Below, piece after piece: positions 14,847 to 27,630 of a stretch of 64,000 nt of DNA. The notes beneath the pieces are model-generated. The model did not search any database, was not told the origin of the DNA, and worked only from the letters and a program-made list of their open reading frames with translations. Both the position numbers and the translations under genes were made by a program. Positions within the stretch are counted from its first letter, which is position 1, and every line of letters begins with the position of its first letter. Source of the DNA: the human T2T-CHM13v2.0 reference genome, Homo sapiens. The DNA lies in assembly GCF_009914755.1 (NCBI RefSeq), contig NC_060947.1. One strand, written 5' to 3'.

Positions 14847-15246
14847 TATGATTCTGTTTTGCATTGCTATAAAGGAATACCTGAGACTGAGTAATTTATA
14901 AAGAGAAGAGGTTTATTTGGCTCAGAGTTCAACAGCCTGTACATGAAGTCTAGTGCTGGCATCTGTTTCTGGTAAAAGACTCAGAAAGCTTATAATCATG
15001 GCAGAAGGAGAAGGGGACCCAGTGTGTCACACAGCATGAGCAAGAGAGAGGTGGGATGTGCCAAGCTCCTTTGAACAACCAGATCTTCCATTAACTCCCA
15101 GAGAAAGAACTCACTCATTACCATGGGAATGGCACCAGGCCATTCATGAGGGATCTGTCTCCATGACCCAAATACCTCCCATCTCCAACACTGGAGATCA
15201 CATTTCAACATGAAATTTGGAAGAGACACACATCCAAACTATATTA
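14847..15246 (-). mobile_element. MST (MSTA/MSTB-like) MaLR solo LTR
   Basis: gcattgctataaaggaatacctgagactgagtaatttataaag...acatccaaactatatta; 5-bp TSD gagtt at 14842-14846 and 15247-15251. Confidence 0.92.
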
Positions 15247-17344
15247 GAGTTACAAGCAAAAAATTGCAATAGCACTGGCTTTTACATTGGTCTATATATT
15301 AACTTTACCAATGGACTTTATATCTTCATGTGACTTTGAGTTACTCTTTACCATCCTTTCATTTAAATCTGACAGACTTCCTTTAGTATTTCTTGCATGG
15401 TACATGTAATGGTAATAAACTTGCTCAGCTCTTGTTCATTGGTAATGTCAAAATTTCTGTCATATTTAAAGGACAGACTTTTTAGAGATATAACTCTCAG
15501 TTGACAGTACTTTTTCCTTCAGTATTTTTAATATATCATCCCATGGCCTCTGGCTTCCATCATTTATGATGAGAAATTGGCTGACTCCTATTGAGGATCC
15601 CTTGTCCATGATGGCCACTTTTCTCTTTCTGGTTTCGGGTGGTCTCTGCCTTTGGCTTTGATAGTTTTCTTATAATTTGTCTCAGTGTCACTTTCTTTGG
15701 AAGAATCTTACTTGGAGTTTTTTGAGCTTCCTGGATTTACAGATTCATGTATTTATCAAATTTGGAAAGATTTTGGTAAGTATTTATTTAAATGATATTT
15801 TTTTGCCCGTTTCTCTTTCTTCTCTCATTCTGAGACTCCCATAATATGTATGTTGGTCTGTTTATGTTTTCCCATGAGCTCCTTAGACTCTGTTTCCTTT
15901 CCTTCATTCTTTTTTTCCTGTTCCTCAGACTCAGTAATTTCAATTATCATGTACGTAAGTTCACTGATTCTTCTTCATGTTCAAGGATGCTTTTGGATCT
16001 CTCTATTAAGTTTTTTTATTTTAGCTATTTTAGTTTTTAGCTCCAGAATTTCTGTTTGCTGTTTTAAATAATTTATCTTTGTTCATATATCATTTTCTTT
16101 TTTTGAATAATTTATATCTCTTTGTTCACATATCATTTTCCTATTTTCTTTTAAATATCAGTCCATGTTTTTCCTAACCTTTTTGTGCATATTTAAGACA
16201 ATTTTTGTAAAAGTCTTTGTTTGTCAGGTTCACTGGGCTGTCTTGGGAACAGTTTCTGCCCATTTAGTTTGTTAGTTTCACACATGATTTGCTGTTTATT
16301 TGTGTGACTAGTAACTTTTGTTGTTGTTTTTGTTAAAATTGAACATTTGACCATTTTAATGTGGCAACTCTGAAAATCAGTTTATCATGTTTCTCTATCA
16401 TTTTCTATTTTTTATATTGTTGAAAGCTGTAGTTAGTCCACTTGTTTTAAGATTTTTCCAAACTATGTCTGCAAAGATTATTCCTTGTCATCTGTGAGCC
16501 CTGAAGTCTCTGTTTTTTTAGTTTATGCTCAGTTAATGCTTTGACAGAGATTTCCTTGAAATTCAGGAGCTGAACAAACAAACACAAACCAAAATGGAAA
16601 GAATGACTGACTCCCAGTTTTTAGAGATTGGCTCTCTGAAGCTGCACTCCACCACATAGTAAGGCTTCCTCTGTGCCTAGTGATCAGCCTGAGGTAAAGC
16701 TTAAGGTATTCTCAAGACTTTTCTGGGTATATATCTCACCTGTACATACTCATGACTTTCTATATTCCCACATGTATATGGCCATTTTTAAATGTCCTGG
16801 TTTCCCAAGGAGATTGTTTTTCAGGCCTTATATGGTTTATTGTATGTCTCCAACTATAATCTCCTGCCTCAGGCATCTGGGTTTGTAGTCTACCTTGTGG
16901 CTTTTAGGACCATGCCTGCCACTTGTGTTCTGAGTTAGGCAAAACAGAGATAAGCACCTTGCACCCATCATTTGGGATTTCCCATGCAGATTAAAAAATA
17001 TGAACATAAAAGTTTGCAAATAAATTTGCTCTGCTCCCTCTAGTTCCAAGGGCAAGGCACTGGGAACTGGGCTGTCACTTGCTCAAGACCAAGACCACTG
17101 CATTAGGTCAGGGATAAGGCAAAGGTGATTAAAGAACACCACAAAACTTTTCTACTGTTTTAAAGTTGGTTTTTCCTTGATTGGACATTGCTTAATGAGT
17201 GTAAACCATGTATTGTTTGTTAGAACTCTTATAGTGCTGATTCTGACAGCCCTGGTGGTTTTGTTTTTTAAGTTTTCTGTAAGAGAACAAGAGCTTGAAG
17301 CTTCCTGGACAACCATTTCACTATCGTCACTCTAAAGCTCTCTT

Positions 17345-17425
17345 AACTTTTTCAAATATTGTCATTTAGTCCTCACAACAACTCTGAGGTAGATATTATC
17401 AGTCTATTTAAAGATGCTAGGCTAT
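17345..17425 (-). mobile_element. MIR fragment
   Basis: tcatttagtcctcacaacaactctgaggtagatattatc matches the antisense MIR core. Confidence 0.65.
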
Positions 17426-17549
17426 AGCAAAGAGAAGAGATCATATATGTTAAGTTCCCAGCACTGTAGAGACAGAGTAATATCTGCCTCTTTCTTACCT
17501 ATCCATCCACCTTGCACACTTAGATCCATCAAGGATGGACCTATTTTAC

Positions 17550-17730
17550 AATGTAAAAAATACTAGGCTAGAATTTATGACATCCAAAGTCTATTCTTAT
17601 CTCTGTGACTAGCTCATTCTGTAAATTTAGATAATTTTCCTGTATAGTCCTCAATCTCCCCATACATAACATAAAAGGTTAGAACTGGATGGTTTCAGAG
17701 GGCTCTGTCAGCTCTGATATTTTAGAATCC
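17550..17730 (+). mobile_element. MIR3/MIRc-like fragment
   Basis: cctcaatctccccat...ggttagaactggatggtttcagagggctctgtcagctctgatatt. Confidence 0.55.
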
Positions 17731-18524
17731 CTAGTAGAAAGAAACTAAAGTTTCCTTCTTTCCCACTCCAGGCTGAGAATACATTTCTGTTGCCTGGGCA
17801 AAAAGCAAGTAGTTATTTGCATAGCTAAATTATATTTGTTAAAAATAAAAGAGAAAGTAGATAACCCAGGATTCTCCCTCTGCCCAATTCCTGCTGCCCC
17901 TGGGAGCAGAGAAGTGGCTTAGCTTAGGGCAACTATTCTGTAAATAAACTCTTCACTCTTTCTGAATGGGCTTCACCCAGGAAATTGGACCCTCAGCCTG
18001 ACCATTGATGATATCTCCCTTTTCCCCCTATCCTGAGAATTAATTGGCATCTCCAAATCCTAGGACTTTGCCACTGCTGCCCCCTCCGCAATTTTATCCA
18101 TTCCAAGATGCCAGGGCAATCCCTTCATGAAATCCAAGGGACAAGCCTGGCATAGCTGAGAAGGGTTAGTGGGTCTGAGGACTGAGGAGTATAAAAGGCA
18201 AGAATACAACCACAATCTTCTCATAAAGGTGGAGAAACCAAAGTGCCTTCAGTACATGGAAGGGATTTCAGGCTGTTTTCAATCTGTGTCTACGACACCA
18301 GAGGACAAATGGGATAGTATAAAATGAAACATTTTCACACATTAAGGAGGATGCAGGCCCCTGCTGTAGATAGAAAGCCAGAGCCCGTGGCCAGATGTGT
18401 GTCTTGGGTATCCTTCTCTCTCAACCTCTGCCCCACGTTTCCTCTGCCCTTCTCTGCTGGATAACATGCATATTTATTTACAATTTCTAGTCTTTTGATT
18501 TTATGTGAAGAAGAGAGACAGAGA

Positions 18525-18665
18525 GAACTAGTGGAAAGAAAGCAGTTTTTGAAACCAAACATCTGGCTTTAAGCTGTGACTTAGTCACTAACTATGTGAC
18601 CCTTGGCACATTGCTTGACCTTTTCGAACTTCATTATCCTAATGTGTATAGCAAGTGTGAATAAT
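18525..18665 (+). mobile_element. MIR fragment
   Basis: cactaactatgtgacccttggcacattgcttgacc core. Confidence 0.65.
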
Positions 18666-19484
18666 AAAAAATACGGAAATGGTAAGAAAATTCTGCTACA
18701 ATCTCTTGAAATTGTCTTCAACCATTAATATCCTGATTATGAAAAATATGTATTAACATAGAAAAATGCAAGGTTGAATTTTTATAGTGGGGCTTAACAA
18801 GGTTATTATATATTTTTTCAAGTGTTAATACCATTGATCATTTATTATCAAGCATTAATGGTTATTATATTTTAACTATGTGAAAGTACTGAAAGACAAA
18901 AAGGCTGGGAGAAAATATATCTCTGTTAACAGTAGCCATAATGAGGTAAGATATTGGCGTGATTTCCCTTCTATTTTCTCCTTTCTAGTATATTCTCATC
19001 AAAGCACATACAGTATTACTAATAGCTATGTCTCAAAGGAATGAAGCAGCAGGAAAATTTCCCTAGTTTGGAATTAGGATGGCACTTGTCCTGGAGGTAT
19101 ATGTTGTGTAAATAATAATAAGAAGAACAAGAAGAATGTTTCTAAAGAAATAAAATGGTCATTATTATCGCTACCTTATAGAACTATTTAGAGGATTAAG
19201 TTAGGTAATGAGTGTAAACAAACTAGGTACTTCGTACACAGGACATCTGCCTCTTCTATGATATCCCATTCCTAGCTTCTCAACTCACTTCCACTTGGGC
19301 TCCAGATCCTAAAACAATTGCATCCTTCCCCTTCTGGGACTCAACCCTTTCAATACCAAGGTCCATGCCCTCACTAAGATGGGTAGAGTTGTGGATAGAA
19401 AGAAATCCAGACACTTGCAGAATCTCAGAATTGAGCTCATATACTCCAGTCCTTACACATGTTAGTAACCACTATCTCTTGGTT

Positions 19485-19686
19485 ATCACTGTGCAAGGTG
19501 CATTTACATCCATGCTCTTATTTTTTTTCATATTCATTTATTTTTTCCCAAAATACCCATTCCACAGACAAGAAAACTGTAATGCAGAGAGGCAACAAGA
19601 TAACTGAAGTAGCTAGGGACAGATTCAGGACTCAGACTCTGGCCTCCTGACTAAATTGTATCCTTCTTTCCTACACCACAGGCTGA
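19485..19686 (-). mobile_element. MIR fragment
   Basis: cccattccacagacaagaaaactg...gcagagagg...cctcctgact...ctacaccacaggctg. Confidence 0.65.
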
Positions 19687-19804
19687 ATCCTGAATTCCCT
19701 TTACAATTATCTTGTCAAGTGGTTGACTTTCTCATCATAATTAATGACATTATAAATGGAATCCCAATTCCATAATTATAATAATAATCATCATAATCTG
19801 CTTC

Positions 19805-20070
19805 ATAATAATAATGACAGATTACATCCTGTCATTTCATAATACATCACACACCTTGCTTTAAGTGTATTATGTTATTCAACTTTTACAAGAATCTTAT
19901 GAAACAGGTAGGTAGTTTATTAACACCATTTCACAGATGACAACATTGAGTTTCAAAGATTACAAAATTTATTCAAGTCTATTCATGCAGAATAAGAAGC
20001 AGAGTTTAAATTCTAACACAGTGCTGTTTATTCTTAAATCTCTGCTCATAATAATGCCACATCACGCTGC
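19805..20070 (-). mobile_element. MIR
   Basis: ccatttcacagatgacaacattgag core with flanking MIR-like sequence. Confidence 0.65.
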
Positions 20071-20697
20071 CACCTGAACAGCAGTGACTCTAAGTGATAG
20101 TATCCTCTCTATGTTTCTAGCTTGGGAATAAACTGTAATTTGCTAATTCTCCTGGACACTTGCAGGAGCACTTCATTTTTAATTTTGTTTTCAAATTCTT
20201 AGCAGTGGATGACAGTGTGCTGGAAAAAATTTAGGAGAACCCTGCCAGGATGCTTTGGTAATATACAAAACCTTCTTCTATCCCCATCCCTCCCACCTTG
20301 ACATACATTCATCTGAATTATTGAGCATGATTTAAACAGTGGCTCCACATCTTCCCTCTGACTTTCTTTTTACATTTATAGGATGTTAATGATTATATCT
20401 TCCTCAGAGTGAGTATTAAATGACACGATACTAAGTGGAGGCTGAGAATGGTTACCTCCCTTGTTCATGTCCTTATCAGCCCAAAGAGGAAAATTGAATA
20501 TGAAACCTGTTGAAGGACCCCAGCTTTCCTTTAAGATAGTGGTTTTCAAATACTTAGTGCTTACGACACACTTCCAAAAACGCTAGAGTTTTGAGTGGCA
20601 CACTTAAAAGACATCAAATATGAATACAAGTATAATAAAAACAAATGCTTAAAGAATGAAAGTTTTCAACTTATAATAGCATATAATGCTCTCTCTC

Positions 20698-20699
<2 letters not shown>

Positions 20700-20739
<40 letters not shown>

Positions 20740-20746
20740 TATATAT
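20700..20746. repeat. (TA)n microsatellite
   Basis: Pure TA run seen directly. Confidence 0.95.
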
Positions 20747-21839
20747 GATATTTGGTACAAGGCAGGTAACTTTTCAGAAAATGCCTGAATAAGTTAAGTA
20801 TCCTCAAGGTCTCCAGATAAAACTCTTCCTGAGGCAATACAGATTTGAATTTCAATGGCTTGGCTACTGGGAAAACTCTCTACAGGAATTACCTAAGCCC
20901 AGAGCCCACTTTCTCCTACTCTCAGGCATAGAGTTTGGATTTCAACAGTTCTGGTAATATTTCTGAACATGGCCAGAGCACAGGGTTCAAGAACTAGATT
21001 AATAATTCAGATTGGATCTCAAGCTAAGAATGAAGTATTGGTGCAAAAAGATATCAGAAAATCTGAGCCAGATTTGTAAGGACAGTGTCTGAGACTGGTC
21101 TAATGTTAAACACCTCTGACCTTCTATTCAATGGGCCAATTAGAGGCACCTCTACACAGAGCCCTTTCAAGAGTGACAACTACGAGGCTTGGCTTGGTTG
21201 TGATTATGCCCACTCACTGGAATGAGTGGCCCTGTGATTACGCAGTGGGAAAAAAAAACAGGTATTACTTCGTCTTAAGAGATGAGGAGAGAGACAGATG
21301 GGAAGAAGTTGGGGAAATGAATGAGAAAAAGAAATTTCAATGTCTGAAGAAAGTCATATTAAAATAACTACTAACCCCTGAACAAGAAAGTCAGTGTGTT
21401 GGGAGATTATTGGAATAGATGATCAGTTAAATAAGTTCAACTGTCTGTAAAAGGAAAGGACTTAGATACATTATAACCTGAGCACAAAAGACCTTTACTA
21501 CTTGCCAGTGACTGTTGGCAAATTGGAAACACACAAGACCAAAAGGTCACCAGAAGTCACAAGGCATCCAGTGTAGTGGCTTGGCTGCCAGTGGGCAGGA
21601 TTTTCAGTCTGGGGGAATCCTGTATTTCTGGCTAGAATAAAGTGTTACACATTGCTACTACATGTCTAAAGCACGCCTTTACAGTCCACCTTCAGTGGAG
21701 GCACAGAGCAGTGAGGGTGAAGAAAAGAAGTAAAGAAACTAAATGAATGCCTACTAAGTGTCAAGCACTGTTATTTAAACTTCGTAACACTTGAGGTAAA
21801 TAGTATCTACATTTTTTTATCTTGGTTCTATCCCCTCTT

Positions 21840-21990
21840 GGACAGTCACAACACACATTAGCATATCAAAGATTCCAACGGGTCCTGTAAATGAAAGTTA
21901 AACGTAAATAACATGTTTATCTTGGCTGAACAGTTTCACAATTGATTTGGTTATGGAACCCTCATTGTTTTCTAGAATATTCATTAATAT
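21840..21990. mobile_element. hAT-Charlie-derived fragment (MER103-like)
   Basis: cacattagcatatcaaagattccaacgggtcctgtaa...ttggttatggaaccc resembles recalled MER103 sequence. Confidence 0.4.
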
Positions 21991-22039
21991 TTCAATAAGC
22001 AATAAGTCATTCTGTTTCAATTCTCTTGTCTAAAATGTA

Positions 22040-22400
22040 TGGTGTGTAGTATTTTAAAGGCCAAGTGTGATAACACATTTCATTTCACTTGACCTATAAA
22101 GATAACCCTGTGAAATTAATATTATTAACATACCCACTTTACACTTTAGGGAACTAAAGATAATGTAGGCTAACAAGCCCCAAATTACACAGCTGCTGAC
22201 TGGCAAAGCCAAGAATTGAATTCAAGTCTTCCTTGTCTAAGTCGAATAAGTTTTTAAGGAAGACTTTAACTCTAAGTTATGAGTCTATGAGCTGTGTGAC
22301 TTTGAGCTACTTTTTTTCCATTTCTGGGTCTGTTTTTCCATCCCAAATGAGCTAGTAGAATTATATAATTTCTAAAGGCTTTGTGGAATCTCAGATTTTA
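22040..22400. mobile_element. Two adjacent MIR fragments (- then +)
   Basis: ataaccctgtgaa...ggcaaagccaagaattgaattcaagtct; then gctgtgtgactttgagc...tgtttttccatc. Confidence 0.6.
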
Positions 22401-23454
22401 AGGCTCAATCATAAGTATCTCAGGTCAAGTTGAATTTTTTTTCAAAAGTTTAGATTACCAAACCCAAGGAAGGTGAAAAAATGTATATAAATATGGTGGT
22501 ATTTTTAGCCACAAGTATCATTTAGGGCCTGAGACTCCTAGGATAAACAAATTTCTGAATTTGAGCTTTCAGATAAGCTAGTTTAAGAAAATTTCATACC
22601 ACTCTTACCATTCCCATCTAGCTAGTATCTCAACAAATGATAGCAACAACTGCCCTGTCAAAGAAGCTTGATAGGCTTCTCTAGCTACAGAATTGACCTG
22701 GGTGGGTGGGTAGCTCCCCAAACATTAAAGTCCCTGCCTATTTCCCAGAACCAGGCAGCCTAGTCTACTAGAAAAACCTAGGCAAATAATTAGTAGAAAT
22801 TAAACTATCCTGGCTTAAGAGGTACACTACTGTTTCTTTCCCATGGTCAGTGAGAAAGACCCATGGGAGACTGTTGGCAGAGAGACTGTTTCACCCTGCC
22901 AGGATAGAGCTCATTTTTTTTTGTCTATGCATAGAGTAGCTGGAGTATTCAGGAGTCAAAATGAACTTGACTTAGCCTCTCAAAGGCAAATCTACCTTGA
23001 CTCCTGAATCCTTCAGCTCCTCTTTAGAGTCCATATTTCCATCATCCAAATGTAAAGCTTTGGCTTTCAGTTCAGTCTGAGGAATTCTTAGCAGGTTGTA
23101 GGTTCTTGACATTTCAGTGTTCTAAGAACAAGAAGGGAGCTTACAGCTCTATTGTAACTTCCCACCTAACACAGGAATCACTTCTGTAACATTCTAGTCA
23201 GGTTATCCTAAAACAGAATCTTCCTTACTTCCTCCCTCCCACCTTCCTCCCTCCTGTTCTCTCTCTCTCTTTTTTACTCTTTCTCTCTCCCTTTTCCTCC
23301 TTTCAAATCTTTCTTCTTTCCTTCAATTCTTCTTTTCACTCAATTGTTATACCAAAATTTGGAATGCCTATGTACAGTCTGACCCTGGAGATACAAAGTC
23401 AAAAGAAGCCAAAATATCTTTAGATATCAGAGAGCCTGATATCTGAAGCTAAGC

Positions 23455-25020
23455 TTTCCACTTATTTCCTGGGCTCCAACACCGTCCACCTTCTCAGAAG
23501 CCTCACTCTAGTAATTATTATGCCCTTTCATAGACGTCTTCGTACTCTGTCATTATAGATTCCTACTCATTTGCCTTGAGGCATGCTCAAGACTTCTATC
23601 TTTAAAAATCTCTACATCCTATGTCTCACTACAGTTATTGCCCTCTCTCCTTCTCTTCACAGCTAAACTTCATGAAGGGGTTAACTATAGTTATTATCTC
23701 TGGTTTTTTTCCTCCCACTCACTTTCAACCCACTTTTGATATCTACTCACATCACTCCGTTGACACTGCCTTCACTAAGAGGACCAATGACTTCCCTTTC
23801 AGTCTAGCCAATGGACTTTGTCCATCTTATTCAAATGTTTTCCCAGTACCTAGAACAGTGTCTGTAACAAAGTCCGTACCCAATAAATATTTGTGGAATT
23901 AATGTGTGATGTTTTTTCAGGCCTTAATTTGCCAAATTGTTACATGATCTGAACACTTTGCTTTGCAACATTTCCTTTCACTGGCTTCTGTGACACTATT
24001 CTGGACATTTTCCTCTTACTTGTCCGACTTTTCCTTCCAATCTCCAATACTAGTGATTCCTCTTCTACTAACCTTTAAAATGTATAGCTTGGACCCTTCT
24101 TTATGCATTCTTCTGTTCTGACACATTCTCAGTCGTTACTTCATCCATGGCCATGGCCTTTACATGATGATTTCTCTTCAATCTATTCCTCAAGCTCAGA
24201 CCTTTGTCTTAAATTACAAACCAGTATATCTACTTGCCTTCTAGACATCGTCACTGGATGTTCTACAGTCACCTCAAACTCAACATATTCAAAATTGGAC
24301 TTTTACAACCCATCATCTCCCAGAATTAGTCTGTACCTTCTCTAGTGCCCTTGGTTCACCAAATGCCACCTCTATCCTCCCAGTTGCTCAAGCCAGAAAT
24401 CTGGATATTCATTGCACTTAAAATTAATTTCAAACACTACCTCATCCAGGAGATCATGATCAACATTAACACTGATGAATCATGTTAATAGCATATCTTT
24501 GGTGTGATGCATTGAAAAAGGCACTTTATGTCTGTGGTCCTCCTCACCAAAACCCACCCCAGCCTAGTTATAATAAAAACACCAAAGAAATTCCAATAAA
24601 GGTACATTCTGCAAAATGCTTGACCTGCATTCCTCATAATTATCAAGGTCATCAAAACAAGTCTCAGATAACTGTCAAAGCCTCTTGGCTAATGAGCCTA
24701 AGGAGACATGAGAACTAAATAGCTCTTGCATCTGGACCAGGAATTTGCTCCCTGCCTTGTTTTTTAACTAGAAAACTCATACTCATTTTCCAGGCCTCAG
24801 TTTGAGTGTCACCACTTCAAGAAAGCCTTTCTTGACTCCACAGACTAAGTTAAATCTCCTTATTCTTTGCTCCCAAGCATCACCACATGATTTTTCTCAG
24901 AGAAGACTCCTTAATTCCTGTAATGGTTTGCCCAGTGTACATATCTCTCTGCTAGACTGTAAGTGCCTTGCAAATGAGGACCTACCACTAATAAACTGCT
25001 GTATCTCCAGGATTTCAAAC
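23455..25020 (+). mobile_element. L2 LINE remnant with a nested L2 tail (23835-23905) and an L1M piece
   Basis: acctcaaactcaacatattcaaaattggac, cccagttgctcaagccagaaatctgg, ctagactgtaagtgccttg; tail cccagtacctagaacagtgtctg...aataaatatttg. Confidence 0.75.
24430..24720 (+). mobile_element. L1MC-like 3' region fragment
   Basis: gatcaacattaacactgatgaatcatgttaatagcat...gagcctaaggagacatgagaactaaat. Confidence 0.6.
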
Positions 25021-25021
25021 A

Positions 25022-25236
25022 CAGGCTGGAAAACTGGCATATGACCAAATCTGTCCACCACATTTTTGAAAGTAACATTTTATTGGAACACAAACATGCC
25101 CATTTATTTATGGATTGTCTATGGTTGCTTTCACACTATAACAATAAAATTGAGTAATTTAAACAGAGATGTATAGTCCACAAAGTTTAAAATATATACT
25201 ATGTAACTCTTTACAGAAAATGTTTTATCATCACTG
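25022..25236 (+). mobile_element. MER58A-like hAT-Charlie DNA transposon
   Basis: ttttattggaacacaaacatgcccatttatttat...ctttacagaaaatgttt...cactg. Confidence 0.8.
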
Positions 25237-25734
25237 GCCTAGTACAGGCTGGGCCATCATTAAATATTTACCAATTAGTTAATTAGTAAATTTGCCTCAA
25301 TAGAAAAAAATACACATTTGTTGAGTCTTTTGATTATTTTTAATTAATGTTGAGTTTTAGATAGAGTTACCATCTCCTCAACTATAGAGGGATTCCTTCA
25401 AAGGCAGGATTGGATTGTTTTTTCTATTTGGATTCCTCACAATTCTTAGTTCTGGGCTTTCTAAAAGGACTGCTGTCACAGTGTCCCCACCCATTCTTCA
25501 TGCCCTAGATCACAACAGCCCATTTAACAGCAGCAAGGTAATGACTAACATTAAACACCTTGGCTAATTCACTTCAACAAGCAAAACCAAATAAACTTAT
25601 ACTGTGGCCAAACTTCCTAGGTAGAAATATCTGCCATCAGAGGAAATAGTGGAGCCCTGAAAATAGAGCACTCTCAAGATGAAAACAAACAAACAGAAAA
25701 TTGTTTAAGGACAAAGAGAACCTGACATAGAAGC

Positions 25735-25860
25735 AGATGAAATAGGAGACAAATTTGGGTCCTGTGCCTATCTGGCCATTAACTGGATATCTAAAGCCAG
25801 GCAAGTCACTCAACCTCTCTGAACTTCAGTTTTTCCACATGCAAAATGAGAGATAAGACT
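25735..25860 (+). mobile_element. MIR fragment
   Basis: ggcaagtcactcaacctctctgaacttcagtttttccacatgcaaaatgagagataa. Confidence 0.75.
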
Positions 25861-26124
25861 TAATTTGTAAGACTTTCACTTTAGCGATGTTGGTACTAAA
25901 GAAATCTTTAAGGCCTACTTCTGAGAAGCCTAATGGCAGCTCAGAGTAATGACTGTGCTCAACTCAGTGAACCACAAATTCCCCTGTGCAGCCCACATAT
26001 GTCTTTGACTAATACAAATGGAAACACAACTTAGTTATTGCTTAATAAATGCTGTTTATTTTAAAGACAAATGGTTTTTAAATTTTTTTTCATTCCTTCT
26101 TAGTTTGCATTGTTATTTTCTAGA

Positions 26125-27190
26125 ATTTTTTAAACTTTTATTTTAGATTCAGTGGCACAAGTGCAGGTTTGTTATACAGGTAAATTGCACATGTTGTGGG
26201 GGTGTGGTGTACAGACTATTTTATCACCCAGGTGATCAGTATAGTACCCAATAGGTAGTTTTTCGATCCTCACCTTCCTTCCAATCTCCACCCTCAAGTA
26301 GGCCCTGGTGTCTGTGTACCATTCTTTGTGTCTATACGTATTAAATGCTTAGTTCCTACTTATAAGTGAGAGCATGAGGTATTTGGTTTTCTGTTCCTGT
26401 GTTAATTAACTCAGGATAATGGCCTCTACATCCACCCATGTTGCTGCAATGGACATAATCTGATTCTTTTTCATGGCTGCATACTGTTCCATTGTGTATA
26501 TGTACCACGTTTTCTTTATCCAGTCTACCATTAACGGGCATTTAGGTTAATTCTATGTCTTTACTATTGTACATAGTGCTACAATGAACATACACATGCA
26601 TGTGTCTTTATGGTAGAATGATTTATATTCTTTTGGGTATATACTCAATAACGGGATTGCTGGATAGAGTGGAAAGTTCTTTGAGGAATCGCTGCACAGC
26701 TTTCCACAATGGTTGAACTAATTTACACTCCCACAAGCAGTGTATAAGCATTCCCTTTTTTCTAGAACCTAGCCAGCATCTGTTTTGACTTTTTAATAAT
26801 AGTCATTCTGACTGGTATGAGATTATATCTCATTGTGGTTTTGACTTGCATTTATTCAATGATTAGTAACATTGATCACTTTTTCATATGCCTGTTGGCA
26901 ACGTGTATGTCTTCTGTTAAAAAGTATATTTTCCTGTCTTTTGCCCACTTTATAATGGGGTTGTTTGAGTTTTGTTTGTAAATTTGTTTAAGTTCCTTAT
27001 AGATCCTGGATATTAAGCCTTTGTTAGATGTCTGGTTTGCAAAAATTTTCTCTCATTTCCTAAGGTTACTGAGGTTACTGTTTACTCTGTTGATAGTTTT
27101 ATTTTCCCTTGCAGAAGCTCCTCGGCTTAATTAGGTCCCATTTGTCAATTTTTGTTTTTGTTGTAACTGTTTTTGGCATCTTTATCTATG
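26125..27190 (-). mobile_element. 5'-truncated L1PA15/16-like 3' end
   Basis: ttttagattcag...gtacagactattttatcacccagg...caccctcaagtaggccctggtgtc, plus ORF2 C-terminal sequence. Confidence 0.9.
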
Positions 27191-27439
27191 AACATAGGAC
27201 CTGGAAAAGAAAAATGATTTCAAAGGACAATAGAAAAATTAAATCCAAAAGGTTCTGAGAGGTGAGGAGGTTGGAAAAGCATGGAACTAGGTGGTCTCAA
27301 AGTCCCCTTTCAGGCCTGACACTTTATAGTTCTATGATCTTATCTCATCCAACTTCTGAGAACTAAAACAAACCAGCCTTTTAAAGGACAAGAAGCTGCT
27401 GGACAATTGATGTAAGCAGAAAATAATGATACATTTAAA

Positions 27440-27630
27440 GACAAAAAGACCAGAGATTAAATCCTACCTTTGTTGCTTCTCTGTGACCTTGGTGGGGCCA
27501 CTTCACTTTTATGAGCCTCAATTTCCTCCGTTATAAAATAATATGGTCAATAATGGCTATCTCATAAGATCAATGCAAAGACCAAATGAAATAAAGTAGT
27601 AAAGTATGTGACACATCGTAAACACTCAGA
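27440..27630 (+). mobile_element. MIR
   Basis: ctgtgaccttgg...gagcctcaatttcctccgttataaaata. Confidence 0.7.

Noticed and set aside
21198-21245. ccactca-ctggaa-tgagtgg mini-hairpin between tgtgatta direct repeats
   Set aside because: A 7-bp stem and an 8-bp repeat are within chance expectation for 64 kb.
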